Below are positions 1 to 12,453 of a DNA stretch of 64,000 nucleotides, piece by piece. This DNA is from Octopus sinensis. Its lineage: Eukaryota. The notes below the pieces were generated by a model, which worked only from the letters and a program-made list of their open reading frames with translations, had not been told where the DNA came from and searched no databases. A program made the translations under genes and the position numbers. Where the stretch lies: positions 55,676,001-55,740,000 of the forward strand of contig NC_043008.1 of the NCBI RefSeq assembly GCF_006345805.1, in the 5' to 3' direction. Each line of letters begins with the position of its first letter. Within the stretch, counting starts at the first letter, position 1.

Positions 1-69
1 AAGATATGTTATGGTGAAAGTGAATAATTTTTGACTTCCCCTTGTATGTATATGTATACATATATATAC

Positions 70-272
70 AGTTAATCCAAAAAAGAAAGCACAAAAACAC
101 AACAATGTGAGGACGTGGAACAAATATAATATTATTGGATGCTCAGGAAAGAAGGAAAGAAGGAGGGTTTAACGTATTGAGTGGAGCTCTTCGTCGGAAA
201 CATAGGAGAAAGAAAGATCCAGAGAAGGGAAGACAGAGGAAAAAAAATCACCAACGGTACACACGCGGTCAC
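70..272 (-). mobile_element. Penelope-like-element terminal remnant, inverted copy of 46344-46541
   Basis: The reverse complement aligns closely with 46344-46541 (see near-identical ORFs 135..332 and 46257..46469). Carries a degenerate CCGACGAAGAGC...AATACGTT core. Confidence 0.55.
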
Positions 273-417
273 TTCTTTCAGTTTCTGTCTACCAAATCCA
301 TCCACAAGGCTTTGGTTGGCTTGAGGCTATAACAGAAGACACTTGCTCAAGGTGTCACACAGTGGGACTGAACCTGGAACCATATGGTTGAGAAGCAAGC
401 TTGTGTCATTTGATATT

Positions 418-1360
418 ACCTTCAAAGCTCCAATGATCACAGGTACAGTTGCCATTCTTAGATGCTACATTTTTGACATCTCTGTTTCAAGATCCTTGTA
501 TTCACTTAACTTTTTAAATGGTAGTTGTGGGATGACGTCAGCAGCTGGGGAGCTGACTGGAACTTGGGGCTGACTGGAAGAGGAAGGGGCAGGAGTGACA
601 TGCACGCAGGCAGGGGAGCATTGGGTCTTTTCGATCAGGGTAGCTGACAGAGCTGGACGTGTGAGCACTTTGTCAAGGTAGGGGAAAAGCAGCTGCTATT
701 TTTAGCGTTCGGGTTGGGCCATGTGAAAGGGTGCATTACCGCTGGAGAGGTCTGCATCAAAGAAGAGAAGGTAGGTGCCCTTATTTCAAATCTCCCGCAT
801 ACACCACAGTAGTTTCTGCTGGGCATACACTGATCCTCAGCTACTCTAACGAAGCCCTCTGTTTCTGATTTAAGTTTAAATGCACTGACCATTGATAAGT
901 CACATGTATATCAATTATAGGTCGCTAGCCCTTGTAGGGTACTTCCCATATGATTCCTTAGTTTTCCATCTATTATACAACCCTGAGATTCCATTTGATT
1001 TGGTTTGTGTTTTTATTTGTTTTGTTTTCATGGTGGATTCTTCTGCTTCATCTTGTTGTGTCTCAGTCTTGTTGATTCTTTGACATATTTCTTTGCTTCT
1101 TCTTACATTGACTACGGTTTCTTTGTACTTTCATACTTGCAGACACATTAAAGCATCCGGTCATTGGTTTTCTTTAGATAGGTATCTAACCCTATGGATT
1201 TTGTCTTTGGAGACAGTTGCAGCTGCATCAGCCCACATACTCCATCCTTTTATAGGATGTGTAAGTCTCTCAACATCTGCCTTTGGACTATTGCAGTTCA
1301 ATCCACTCAAGCATTCAGGTCACATCATCAGTTTGAAGACACCTTCTTGCTTTCCTTCCA
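418..1360 (-). mobile_element. Degenerate R4/Dong-clade non-LTR retrotransposon, 3' part (post-RT region, zinc-knuckle start, end of restriction-like endonuclease)
   Basis: Minus-strand frames give PKADVERL..., RYLSKETNDRML, LKSETEGFVRVAEDQCMPSRNYCGVCG and KKLSEYKDLETEMSKM*HLRMATVPVIIGAL. These match recalled R4/Dong motifs, with stops and frameshifts. Confidence 0.8.
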
Positions 1361-1769
1361 TACCAATCTCAGAAGCCCCAGATAAAAATAAAAGGAATGT
1401 TTTCCCCTTTTTGACTAAACTGTCAAAAGATAAGAGAGAATTAAAAATCAAAGAAAATACATAAAACAATTTGGAAAACATGACTTAGTGATGTGGAGGG
1501 GAAAAGTTCTAGTAAAATTATTGATTAGCATTTATTGATTGAGAACTAAAAATTAAAATGAAGGAAAAGTAAAATATAAAACAAAAAGAAAGGAGAAAAC
1601 TTCCAGAAAAGTAACAAAGAAAATAAAATAAAAAAATAGGATGAATGGTAAAAGAATTTTGTTTGTTGTGAAATTGCCAAAGCTGGCAACTGCTGTGGAA
1701 TTGGTAAGGTAAGTTTATATATCAGTGGGGTTTTTGTATAATTTCATGGAAATGGCGCTCTGACGGAAG

Positions 1770-2470
1770 CGATGATGATGACAACGATGGTGTGATGATG
1801 ATAACGATGATCACGATCATGATGAAAGCAATGATGATAATGATGGTGATGACAATGATGACAGTGACGATGGCAACAACAACGATAACAACGACGATGA
1901 TGATGATTATGATGATGATGACAATGATAACAACGATGATGATGATGATGATGAAAACAATAATGATGATGATGCTGATGATCATGATGATGATGGCAAT
2001 GATGATTACGATGATCATGATCATGATGAAAGCAATGGCAATAATGATGATAATGATAACGAAGATGACGACGATGATGATGATGATGATGATGATAATG
2101 ATGTCCCTGCTGCCAACTGTAATGATGATGATGATGATGATCAAAAGGAATTTACCATTTTAAGTAATCAATAAAAGAAAATATTCCAATGGAAATTTAG
2201 AAAAAAAAAACAGAAAAGAAAAGAAAAATAACATACAAATATTCCCCATTGGATTGGGCATGGAGTAAGTAGACTGGTGGCAGTGGTGGTGGTGGTGGTG
2301 GTGGTGGTGGTGGTGGTGGTAGTGACAGCAGAGGGTGGTGGTGGCAATGGCTGGTGGTAGTGGTGATTGTGGTGGTTGGTGGTAGTAGTGGTGGTGATGG
2401 TGGTGGTGGTGGTGATGGTGGTGGTGGTGGTGGTAGAAGTGGTGGTGGTGGCGATGGTGGTGGTGGTGAG
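1770..2470. repeat. Compound trinucleotide microsatellites (ATG/ACG)n then (GGT)n
   Basis: Direct reading of the sequence. Confidence 0.95.
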
Positions 2471-2802
2471 GGGTGGCATGTAAGAATTATTGAGAAAATT
2501 ATGAGTTGCTAAAGAGGGCTCTGATATTCCAAATGGAATCTGAGCAGATATGATGACAGTAAAAGGTTTGATGTATGATGGTAGTGGTAGTGGTGGTTGT
2601 GGTGGTGGTGGTGGTAAAGGTAATGGTGAAAGTATGTATGCATATGTGTGCATCTAGGTATACACATGCATGTATACATATCTTATGTGTACATCTACCC
2701 ACATACATACATGTACATACACACACATACAGGTGCACTTGCATTTATAAATTATATATTAATAATAAATGTATATAAACACACATGCACACACATACAC
2801 AT

Positions 2803-2879
<77 letters not shown>

Positions 2880-4852
2880 ATTCAACAGATGAAAGCCAGT
2901 GATGCTCAGTATAGAAGTATAGAAAGCAATTTGTAGAACTCAAATGATTTGAACCTACACTCTGAAATTTTTCCCATGGGCTAAGTTCACAGAGTGCAAA
3001 GTAGCTATAAGAGGCATCCAGACGACCAGATGTGGGGTTAGTCAATTACATCAACTCTATGACTTGGTAGTAATAAAATTTATCGATCCCGACAGGATGA
3101 AAGGTAAAGTTCACCTCGGCTTGATTTGAATTCAGAATGCAAAGAAGTCCATCTTTAGAATGAAATCTGATTGCACCAAGATTAACTTTGTCTTTCATTT
3201 TATCAGGGTCTTAATACAAATATGTACCAAGCGTGTACCGGGATTAATTCAATAGACTATCCACCCCGCCCCCTGCCTCCCTACCTACTAATTTCTGGCC
3301 TTGTGCTGCCGATGTAACAAATCACTATTACTAACAATTATTAGTGTTTGTCCATCAGTAACTTCTTTACAGGCAACAACTTTCTATAGACTATAGAGTT
3401 TCTTTTTACTTTCTTTTATTTCTTATTTCATTTATTTTGTATTTTTTATTTTTCCTACAGAGGCGTGTGTACGTGTGTTGTGTGAGTGTGTGGTCATCAT
3501 TGTTCGTTAAGGTAAATACTTGAAAGTACACAGAACTACCTATAGAACTTTATGATTTAGTAAAAAGTTCTTGGTGTAAACACACATCTCATTGTGAAAG
3601 AAAAAAAAATTGTATTTAAACAAATTTTACATCATCATCATCATTTAATGTCTCGGTATGGGTTTGATGGTTTAACAGAATATAATGAACCCAAAGACTG
3701 CATCATTCAATACCTACTTTGACATGGTTTCCTATGGTTGGATGCCCTTCTTAAAACCAACCACTTTACAGTATGTACTGGGTGCTATTGTCATGTCACC
3801 AGTTCAAGTGAGGCTGTTATGCAGTTTGCAAGACTATGAAGTATAATTAGGAAGCTTTATGCTTGGAGATAAGGGGGCAAAAGATGGTTAAAAGTATGTG
3901 ACAAGGGGCCAGAGGAGCCTTTAGAAGAACTTCATGATCACTCACACTTTAGAAGAGAATGTGAGAGTGATTGAGTGGAACGATAGTGTCATCGTGGGGA
4001 GAGTAGGTGATGACTGACAGTGCTGAGCAGCAAAACAGTAATAATGAATTATGGTTTTGTTAATGCATGGCTGTGTCATTAAGAAGTTTACTTTGCAGTC
4101 ATGTGGTTTCAGGTATGATCCCACTGTCCAGCATCTTGGATAAATGTCTAGGGCAGTGAATTGGCAGAATTATTAGGATGTTAGACAAGATGTCTCCATG
4201 TGTTTGTTTCAGCTGTTTGCATTGAGTTCTTGGGTGGTCATTTTAATCTATTACCCAGTTTAATACTACCAAGTGATCCCCTCCTCTTTTCTTCTTAACT
4301 TGCTAGATGTGGAAGAAGGGGCAGTGCCCATGAAAATTGTAGGCTTTCAAAGACTGATAAGCTATATATATACATATATATATAAATAAAAATTGATAAG
4401 CTATAGTCTATATTTAAGAGATGAGGAATTATGTACATTATTTACATTATTTACATTTGATGGATATTTGTCCTCATATGGCATAATAGTTAAGAGCGTG
4501 GGCTAGTAACCCCAAGATTCTGACTTCAATTCTAGGCAGTGACCTGAATAATAATAATAATAATAACAACAACAACATTAAAAATACCTTAGGAATTCAA
4601 AACTTTTAATCTATCATATATATTTACACATTATATTTATACTTATACATATTTACATATATTTTTATATATATTTATATAATTATATATTTTTCATAGT
4701 ACAACTGTTTTCTGAGGAGTTTCATATGAATTTCCTTATATTAATAATAATATATTATTTAAAAATATATATATGTATATATCGCTCGTATTATAAATAT
4801 AAATACTTTAATACAATTGAGCACTTAATATAATTCAGTACAAAATTTTCTC

Positions 4853-4892
<40 letters not shown>

Positions 4893-4894
4893 TT

Positions 4895-5130
4895 ATTATC
4901 TCCCCTTCTTTCAACCTCTCCTGTCAAACCTTTTTTCCAACCAGTCGTCATGCTTGACCACTAAATCCACAAGTTTTTGTATTCTCTCTGTTTTTTTTCT
5001 TTTATGTCTTTCTGTTGAGGAGCATAGGCTCGAAATGTAAAAGACTTTTTCACTTTCCCGGGTGTCAAACTAATACACCTGCTTGTTCATACTCCTGTCT
5101 TCCTCTTTTGTTTTTCTGTAAATTTCAACT
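4895..5130 (+). mobile_element. Penelope-like terminal remnant with hammerhead-like core (5006-5045)
   Basis: gtcttt-CTGTTGAG-GAGCatagGCTC-GAAATGTA-aaagac. Flanks resemble 29480-29700. Confidence 0.5.
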
Positions 5131-6008
5131 ATATATATATATACGATGGGCTTCTTTCAGTTTCCATCTACCAAATTCACTCACAAGACCTTGGTCAACC
5201 TGAGGCTATAGTAGAAGACGTTTGCCCAAGGTGCCACACAGTGGGACCAAACTTGGAACCATGTGGTTGGGAAGCAAACCTCTAACCATACAGCCGTGCC
5301 TGCACCTAATTTTCTTAATTGTTTATTATTTTTCTTTTTTGTTGAATGAATAAATGCAAAAAAAAAAAAAAATTATAAATTAATAAATAAATAAAATATG
5401 CAAAAAAACAACAACCCTACAATGTACACAAGATGAATAAACAAGACAGCAACAACAATGAAAATAAATCCATTATTCCAATCTGTATTTAAAAGAATTA
5501 AGTATCTGTTGTGGCTTTCTGTAATAATAGGGGCAATTCTTTACACCTTTTGTATGAATGTATGACCACAGAAAAAAAAAGAAAAACATTTAGGTTCTTA
5601 ATCAACATTCTCTTTAAATCCACCTTGCTCTTTCACCCTCTGAATTGTCCACACACCTCTCTCTCTCTCTCTCTCTTTCCCTTTTTGTCTTTCTCTCTCT
5701 CTCTTATGATTCATTCATGCTGTTTGTTCTTCTTAATTAGTTAGTTTCTGGTTTTTCTATTCATTGTTATTCATTGGAAAGTAATCTCACAATGTTTGAA
5801 TTTCTTCTTTTTTTTTTTTTTTTTTTACTACTTACTGCTACTACTACTGCTGCTTCTACTGCTGCTGCTGCTGCTAATTATTCTTGGTCAGTTTCCAACA
5901 CCATTAGTACCAACCGACACTACCACCACCACCACCACCACCACCACCACCACCACCACCACCATACCACCACCAACAACAACAACTACCTCCAACACCA
6001 ATATTACC

Positions 6009-6328
6009 TATTTCTTTACTACCCACCAGGGGCTAAACACAGAGGGGACAAACAAGGACAGACAAACAGACGATTATATCGACCCCGGTGCGTAACTGGT
6101 ACTTATTTAATCGACCCCGAAAGGATGAAAGGCAGACGAAATACTGCTAAGCATTTCACTTGGCGTGCTAACCTTCGTACTAACAATATCAACACCCACT
6201 AACACCACCGTCACTACTACTACTACTACTACTATAACTGCTACTTCTACTACTACTACTTCTTCTACTACTTCTACTACTACTACTTACTACTACTACT
6301 TCTACTACTACTACTACTTCTTCTTCTT

Positions 6329-6388
<60 letters not shown>

Positions 6389-8135
6389 GTAATGATAATT
6401 TCAAATTTTGGTACAAGACCTGGACTTTCAGAGAAGTGGGTAAGTCGATTACATCGACCCCAGTGCTGTACTGGTGCTTATTTCATCCACTCTGAAAGGA
6501 TGAAAGGTAAAGTCGAACTCAGTGGAATTTGAACACAGAAGAATGCGAAGACAGACAAAATGCCACCAAGCATTTTTGCCCTGCATGCTAACGGTTCTGC
6601 CAGCTCACCACCTTACTACAAGTAATAGTCATTTCTACTATAGATACAATACCTGAGATTTAGGGGAGGGGCATAGATGATTACATTGACCCCAGTACTC
6701 AACTGGTACTTAATCTATCGACCCTGAAAGGATGAAAGGCAAAGTCGACCTCAGCAGAATTTGAACTCAGAATGTAGCATTTTGCTAGCGGTTCTGTCAG
6801 CTTGCTGCCTTACTACTACAAGTAATAATGGTTTCAAATTTTGCTACAGGGGCAGCAATTTTGAGGGAGGGGATGAGTCGATTACATTGTCCCCCAGTGT
6901 TTCACTGGTACTTAATTTATTGACTCCAAAAGGATGAAAGGCAAAGTTGACCTTGGCGGAGTTTGAACTCAAAACATAGAGACAGATGAAATGCTGCTGA
7001 GCATTATGCCCTGCATGCTAACGATTCTGCCAACTCAGTGCCTTGATATTTTAATGATGATGATGATGATGATGAAGATGATGGTGGTGGTGGTGGTGGT
7101 GATGATGATGATGATGATGATAATAATAATCCTTTCTATTGGAAGCACAAGGCCTTAAATTTGGGGAATGGTATCAAGTTGATTATATCAACCCCAATGC
7201 GTAACTGGTACTTATTTGATTGATCCCCGAAAGGATGAAAGGCAAAGTCAACCTCGGCAGAATTTGAACTCAGAATGTAGCAACGAGCGAAATAAATACT
7301 GCTAAGCATTTTGTCCAGCGTGCTAACAATTCTGTCAGCTCACTGCCTCAGTAATAATAATGATGGCTTCTTTGTGAACCACAAGGGTTTACATAAAGAA
7401 AATCATTATGGACAGTACAGGACAAAATAAAGAATGTGTGTGAGTGTGTGTTGTTGTAAGGGGTTGTAACAAATTTTTTTTAAATCAACAATGTATGCTT
7501 CTCAATAGGGAGATGTCATGGAAGGGCTGGTCATGGAAAAACCTCATTAAAAACCATGGGTACCCTGACTTTTGGGGCAGGTGCCTTTTTTTGTTTCCTT
7601 TTTCCAACTACAGGTGTATGCTCAGGGCAGGCCCATTCACTCATACCATTCTCACCACTTTCATCCATCCACCACCACCACCACCACCAACAACAACAAC
7701 AAACAGCCAGCATCAAAACCAACACTACCACCACCAGCAACAATAACAACAACAACACAGCCAGCATCAACACCACCGCCACCACCATCAACACCACCAC
7801 TAACAACAAACTGACTACAAGACAACACTTCCCTCTTTCTACCCCTATTTTCCTTTCCAAGTGAAACTTGAAGAAGTTAATCAGGGATTAGCCAAAGAGA
7901 AAAGTGTTTGTCTAATAATCGTTTCTATTATACACACAAGGCCTGAAATTTTTCAAGGGATGGGGGACTAGTCGATTGCTTCGAGCCCAGTTTTTCACTG
8001 GTACTTAATTTATCAACCCCAAAAGATGAAAGGCAAAGTTGACCTCAGCGAAATTTGAACTCAGAACGTAGTGGCAGGCAAAATACCATTAAATATTTTG
8101 TCCTACATGCTAACTATAGTGTCAGCTCGCTGCCT
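6009..8135 (-). mobile_element. Cluster of six co-oriented tRNA-headed SINE copies (family D here), separated by TAC/TAA/GAT microsatellites
   Basis: The core gaaaggatgaaaggcaaagtcgacctcggcggaatttgaactcaga recurs at about 6009-6180 (partial), 6400-6612, 6630-6812, 6825-7043, 7130-7348 and 7920-8135. The minus strand shows a B-box-like GAGTTCAAATTC. Confidence 0.85.
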
Positions 8136-8959
8136 TGTGTGTCTAATAATAATACCACCACCACCACCACCACCACCACCACTACCACCACCACCACTAC
8201 CACCACCACCACCACCACCACCACCACCACCACTACCACCACCACCACTACTATCACCACTAGCTCCACCACCACCACCACCACAACAACTACTACTACT
8301 ACTACTACTACCTTCATTGTCATTACCTGTCTCTCTGTCCTTATCACAAACAACACTACCACCTCTAACCACACCACTACCACCACCACCACCAGCCAAC
8401 ACTGCTGCCGACACTGCAATCCTAATATCAATACCACCACCACCACCACCATCACTAATATCTACCATCAGCACTATCAACATGCCCATGAGGAGACCTC
8501 TGGACTTTACTGGAAATAGCAGTCAAATTACCTTCAAATCATACCCTTACAATCTTTAACCAAAAAAATGTAATGATTACATGAATGTAGTCCTAGATTA
8601 TACTTAAAATGACAGAAGGGACAAGGCTGGAATGTTCTGGATGATAGTTCTTCTCAATTAAGAGACCTGACCTGGTGTTAAACAGCACCACCAGCACCAG
8701 CACCACCACAAGAACCAAGTTCTAATCACCATTATCACCACTGGTTAACATTCATCTCTCCCTTACTCTTTCTCTCTCTCTCCCTCTCTCCCCTTTCCTA
8801 CCTCTCCTCCTCTCCCTCCTTCCCTCTCTCACCCTTTTTCTCTTTACCTTTCTTTTCCTACACCCCCTCTGCCTGTCTCTTTTTCACTTCCTCTCCCTCT
8901 CCTCCTTTCCTCCCCCTCTCTCTCTGCCCCTCTTTCTGCTTGTCTATCTGTCTGCATTT

Positions 8960-9229
8960 CTCTCCACTCTGTCTGTCTGCCTATCTATCTATCTATCTAT
9001 CTATCTATCAATCTATCTATCAATCTATCTATCTATCTATCTTGTCCTCTCTCTCTCTCTTTCTCATTCACACTCTCTCTCACTCACTCATTCTTACTCT
9101 CTCTTTCTCTCCATATCTATCTGTCTATCTATCTATCTATCTATCTTGTCCTCTCTCTCTCTCTCTTTCTCATTCACACTCTCTCTCACTCACTCACTCT
9201 TACTCTCTCTTTCTCTCCATATCTATCTG

Positions 9230-9277
<48 letters not shown>

Positions 9278-9359
9278 GTCCTCTCTCTCTCTCTCTTTCT
9301 CATTCACACTCTCTCTCACTCACTCACTCTTACTCTCTCTTTCTCTCCATATCTATCTG

Positions 9360-9422
<63 letters not shown>

Positions 9423-9440
9423 CTTGTCTATATATATATA
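8960..9440. repeat. (TATC)n/(CT)n compound repeat with a unit of about 105-130 bp in three copies
   Basis: cttgtcctctctctctct...ctcattcacactctctctcactcactc recurs three times. Confidence 0.9.
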
Positions 9441-9679
9441 TATATTATATATATATATATATCTGGCTCTCTCTCTTTCTCTCTCTTCCTCCCACCCTCT
9501 CTCTTTCTCTCTCTTCCGCTCCCCCATTCATCCTCACTGTAATATTTCCTTCGTTCTGGATGCATCAGGATTATCGTAAGAATGGGGAGGAGAGAGAAGA
9601 ATTGCAGATGGGGGTGGAATGGGAAATAAATGCTTGCTTAGTTTCAAAGGAAACATTGGTAGAAACTGGTACCAAGCTG

Positions 9680-9683
9680 CAGT

Positions 9684-9718
<35 letters not shown>

Positions 9719-9738
9719 TAGTAGTAGTAGGAGATGTA

Positions 9739-9770
<32 letters not shown>

Positions 9771-10668
9771 AAGTGTTGAAATTGGTATTATCATTGGTAT
9801 TGGTGATTGTGTTGACATGGTGGCGTTGGTGGTGGTGTTAATGGTGGTGGTGCCAGTAGAGGAGGTGTTGGTTGTTGTTGTTGTTTGTGGTGGTGGTGGT
9901 GGTGGCAGAAAGTGGTGGGCGTACTGGTAGTGTTGGCTGTGATGGTGGTAGTGACGGTGGTGGTGGTGGTGTGGTGGTGGTGGTGACGGTGATGGTAGTG
10001 TGGTGATGGTGGTGATGGTGAAGGTGGTGGTGGTGACGGTGATGGTGGTGTGATGGTGGTGGTGTGGTGATGAAGATGTTGGTGGTGGTTGCGGTGGTAT
10101 CGGTGATGTTGGTGATGATGTTCGCTGTGCTGTTGTTGTTGTTGTTGTTGGTGGTGGTCGTGGTGATGGTAGTGGTGGTGGTGGTGGTAGTGTTGTTGTT
10201 GTTGATGGTGGTGGCAGTGGTGTTGATGCTGGCTGTGTTGTTATTGTTGTTGTTGCTGTTGGTGATAGTGGTGGTGGTGGTGGTGGTAGTGGTGGTTTTG
10301 ATGCTGGCTGTTTGTTGCTGTTGTTGTTGTTGATGGTGGTGGTGATGGTGGTAGTGTTGGTGTTGATGCTGGCTGTGTTGTTGTTGTTGTTGTTGCTGTT
10401 GGTGATAGTGGTGGTGGTGGTGGTGGTAGTGGTGGTTTTGATGCTGGCTGTTTGTTGCTGTTGTTGTTGTTGATGGTGGTGGTGATGGTGGTAGTGTTGG
10501 TGTTGATGCTGGCTGTGTTGTTGTTGTTGTTGTTGTTGCTGTTGGTGATAGTGGTGTGGTGGTGGTGGTAGTGGTGGTTTTGATGCTGGCTGTTTGTTGC
10601 TGTTGTTGTTGTTGATGGTGGTGGTGATGGTGGTAGTGTTGGTGTTGATGCTGGCTGTGTTGTTGTTG

Positions 10669-10700
<32 letters not shown>

Positions 10701-10725
10701 GGTGGTGGTGGAGGTGGTTTGGTGG
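9680..10725. repeat. (GGT/GTT)-based low-complexity tract with a higher-order unit of about 140 bp
   Basis: gtggttttgatgctggctgtttgttgctg recurs at about 10291, 10432 and 10571. Confidence 0.9.
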
Positions 10726-11014
10726 GTATCGTGAGAGAAAAAAAAAACACACTGTACCATGCAGAGTTAAGCTACAACCAACTGATATTTTTAATTTCGT
10801 TTTTATTTCTGCAATTTTTTTTTATTGATTTAAATTAATTACATTTTTATTGTATGTTTTCTTTGTTCTTTTGGCATTTATTTGGTATAAATATTTCCAT
10901 ACTAGCTGGCATGATTGTGTGAGAATGTGTGTATGTGTGCATGTGTATGCATGTGTGAATGTGTGTATGTATGTGTGTATGTATGTGCTCATGTATATGT
11001 ATGCATATATGTGT

Positions 11015-11250
11015 ATGTGTGTAAGTATGTGTATGTATGCATGTGTGTGAGGCATATATGTGCATGTGTGTAAGTATGTGTATGTATGCATGTGTGTGAG
11101 GCATATATGTGCATGTGTGTAAGTATGTGTATGTATGCATGTGTGTGAGGCATATATGTGCATGTGTGTAAGTATGTGTATGTATGCATGTGTGTGAGGC
11201 ATATATGTGCATGTGTGTAAGTATGTGTATGTATGCATGTGTGTGAGGCT
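11015..11250. repeat. 49-bp minisatellite, about 5 near-identical copies
   Basis: aagtatg recurs at 11023, 11072, 11121, 11170 and 11219. Confidence 0.9.
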
Positions 11251-11395
11251 CATGTGTATGTATGCATATATGTGCATGTGTGTATGTGTATGTATGCATA
11301 TGTTCACATGCATATGTGTGTGCATTTGTGTGTCTCTGTGTGTGTGTATGAAAGAGAGAGAGTTTGGCTGTGTTTGAGCTCCTGCTTCACTTCAG

Positions 11396-11462
11396 TTTTT
11401 GTGATGCTCAGCTGATGAGGGGTAAATCTTTCCTGGGATGTAATGAGATCGAACTGTCGCAG
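11396..11462 (+). CDS. Putative internal exon of an unidentified plus-strand gene, FCDAQLMRGKSFLGCNEIELSQ
   Basis: Acceptor ctcctgcttcacttcag, donor CAG|GTAACT, open frame, joins in phase 0 to the exon at 11873. Confidence 0.4.
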
Positions 11463-11671
11463 GTAACTTTTACCAAAGCAGGAACAAAATAGATGAGAGC
11501 CTCATCATAAAATGATGTAAAAAGCACCCAGTACACTCTAGGAAGAGCATCCCACTATAGAAACCATACCAAAGCAGGCATAAAAACTTGGCAGAACCCC
11601 TTGGCTTGTCTGTTCTTGTCAGACCATCCGACCTATGCCAGCATGGGTTGGAAGGGAATTAAATGATGATG

Positions 11672-11702
<31 letters not shown>

Positions 11703-11872
11703 TGATGATGATGATGATGAACTATATACCATTCTACAGTACATTTTCACAGAAAACTTTACTAGATCAGTGAGAGATAAGAGTCATGTCCAAGAAACCA
11801 AATGCGATCTACCTCCTCCTCATTGTCATTATCATCATGTTAACATCCATTTTTTCATGCTTACTTATGCAG

Positions 11873-11992
11873 GTTGAACAGAGGTTATTGAACAAAGGTT
11901 CTTCTCCAGCTGTTTTGCCCTCTCCTGTTTCTGATCAAGATAATATTTCCCCATGGTCTGACATATTTTTGCAGAATACTAGAAATGAATAA
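11873..11992 (+). CDS. Putative terminal coding exon of an unidentified gene, VEQRLLNKGSSPAVLPSPVSDQDNISPWSDIFLQNTRNE*
   Basis: Acceptor tttttcatgcttacttatgcag, non-repetitive coding-like sequence, TAA stop at 11990-11992. Confidence 0.4.
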   Translation, partial: VEQRLLNKGSSPAVLPSPVSDQDNISPWSDIFLQNTRNE

Positions 11993-12082
11993 CATTCATT
12001 TACAACAACCACATGATGTCATAACAAATAGACCCAAACATAAACACATATACATATAATATCTATACACACACACATCTAT

Positions 12083-12453
12083 AATCAAAATAAGCAACAA
12101 GGATATCCAGAGGTAATGCAGTACAATCATTTCAAGCAACTTCATTTAATTGAACAATGCAATCATTACATCAATTTAAATGCAGAGCAATCGTCAGCTG
12201 CATAAAAACATAGACTTTAATTACATTAAAACAGATGGACTCATTAGTATAATTTTACCTAAAATCTCCAAGAGGGTAAGGCGATAGAGAAAGAACATGC
12301 TGTCTTCACTTCAGCTTAGAAGCTATGTCTTTATGCAGCTGAGGATTGCTCTGCATTTAAATTGATGTAATGATTGCATTGTTCAATCAAATGGAGTTGC
12401 TTGAAATGATTGTACTGCATTACCTCTGGATATCCTTGTTGCTTGTCTTGATT
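12083..12453. repeat. Long inverted repeat (about 131-bp arms, 109-bp spacer)
   Basis: 12083-12213 is the near-exact reverse complement of 12323-12453, with only a few mismatches. Confidence 0.9.

Noticed and set aside
7509-7580. Walker-A-like GRAGHGKTS in one plus-strand frame after an AG
   Set aside because: The only nearby donor is poor (gtgcct), there is no preceding hydrophobic strand or downstream NTPase motif, and chance is likely.
9534-10760. 408-aa and 304-aa minus-strand ORFs (poly-T/Q/H/P)
   Set aside because: They are translations of GGT/GTT microsatellite, open in several frames because stops are absent, and have no splice or domain signal.
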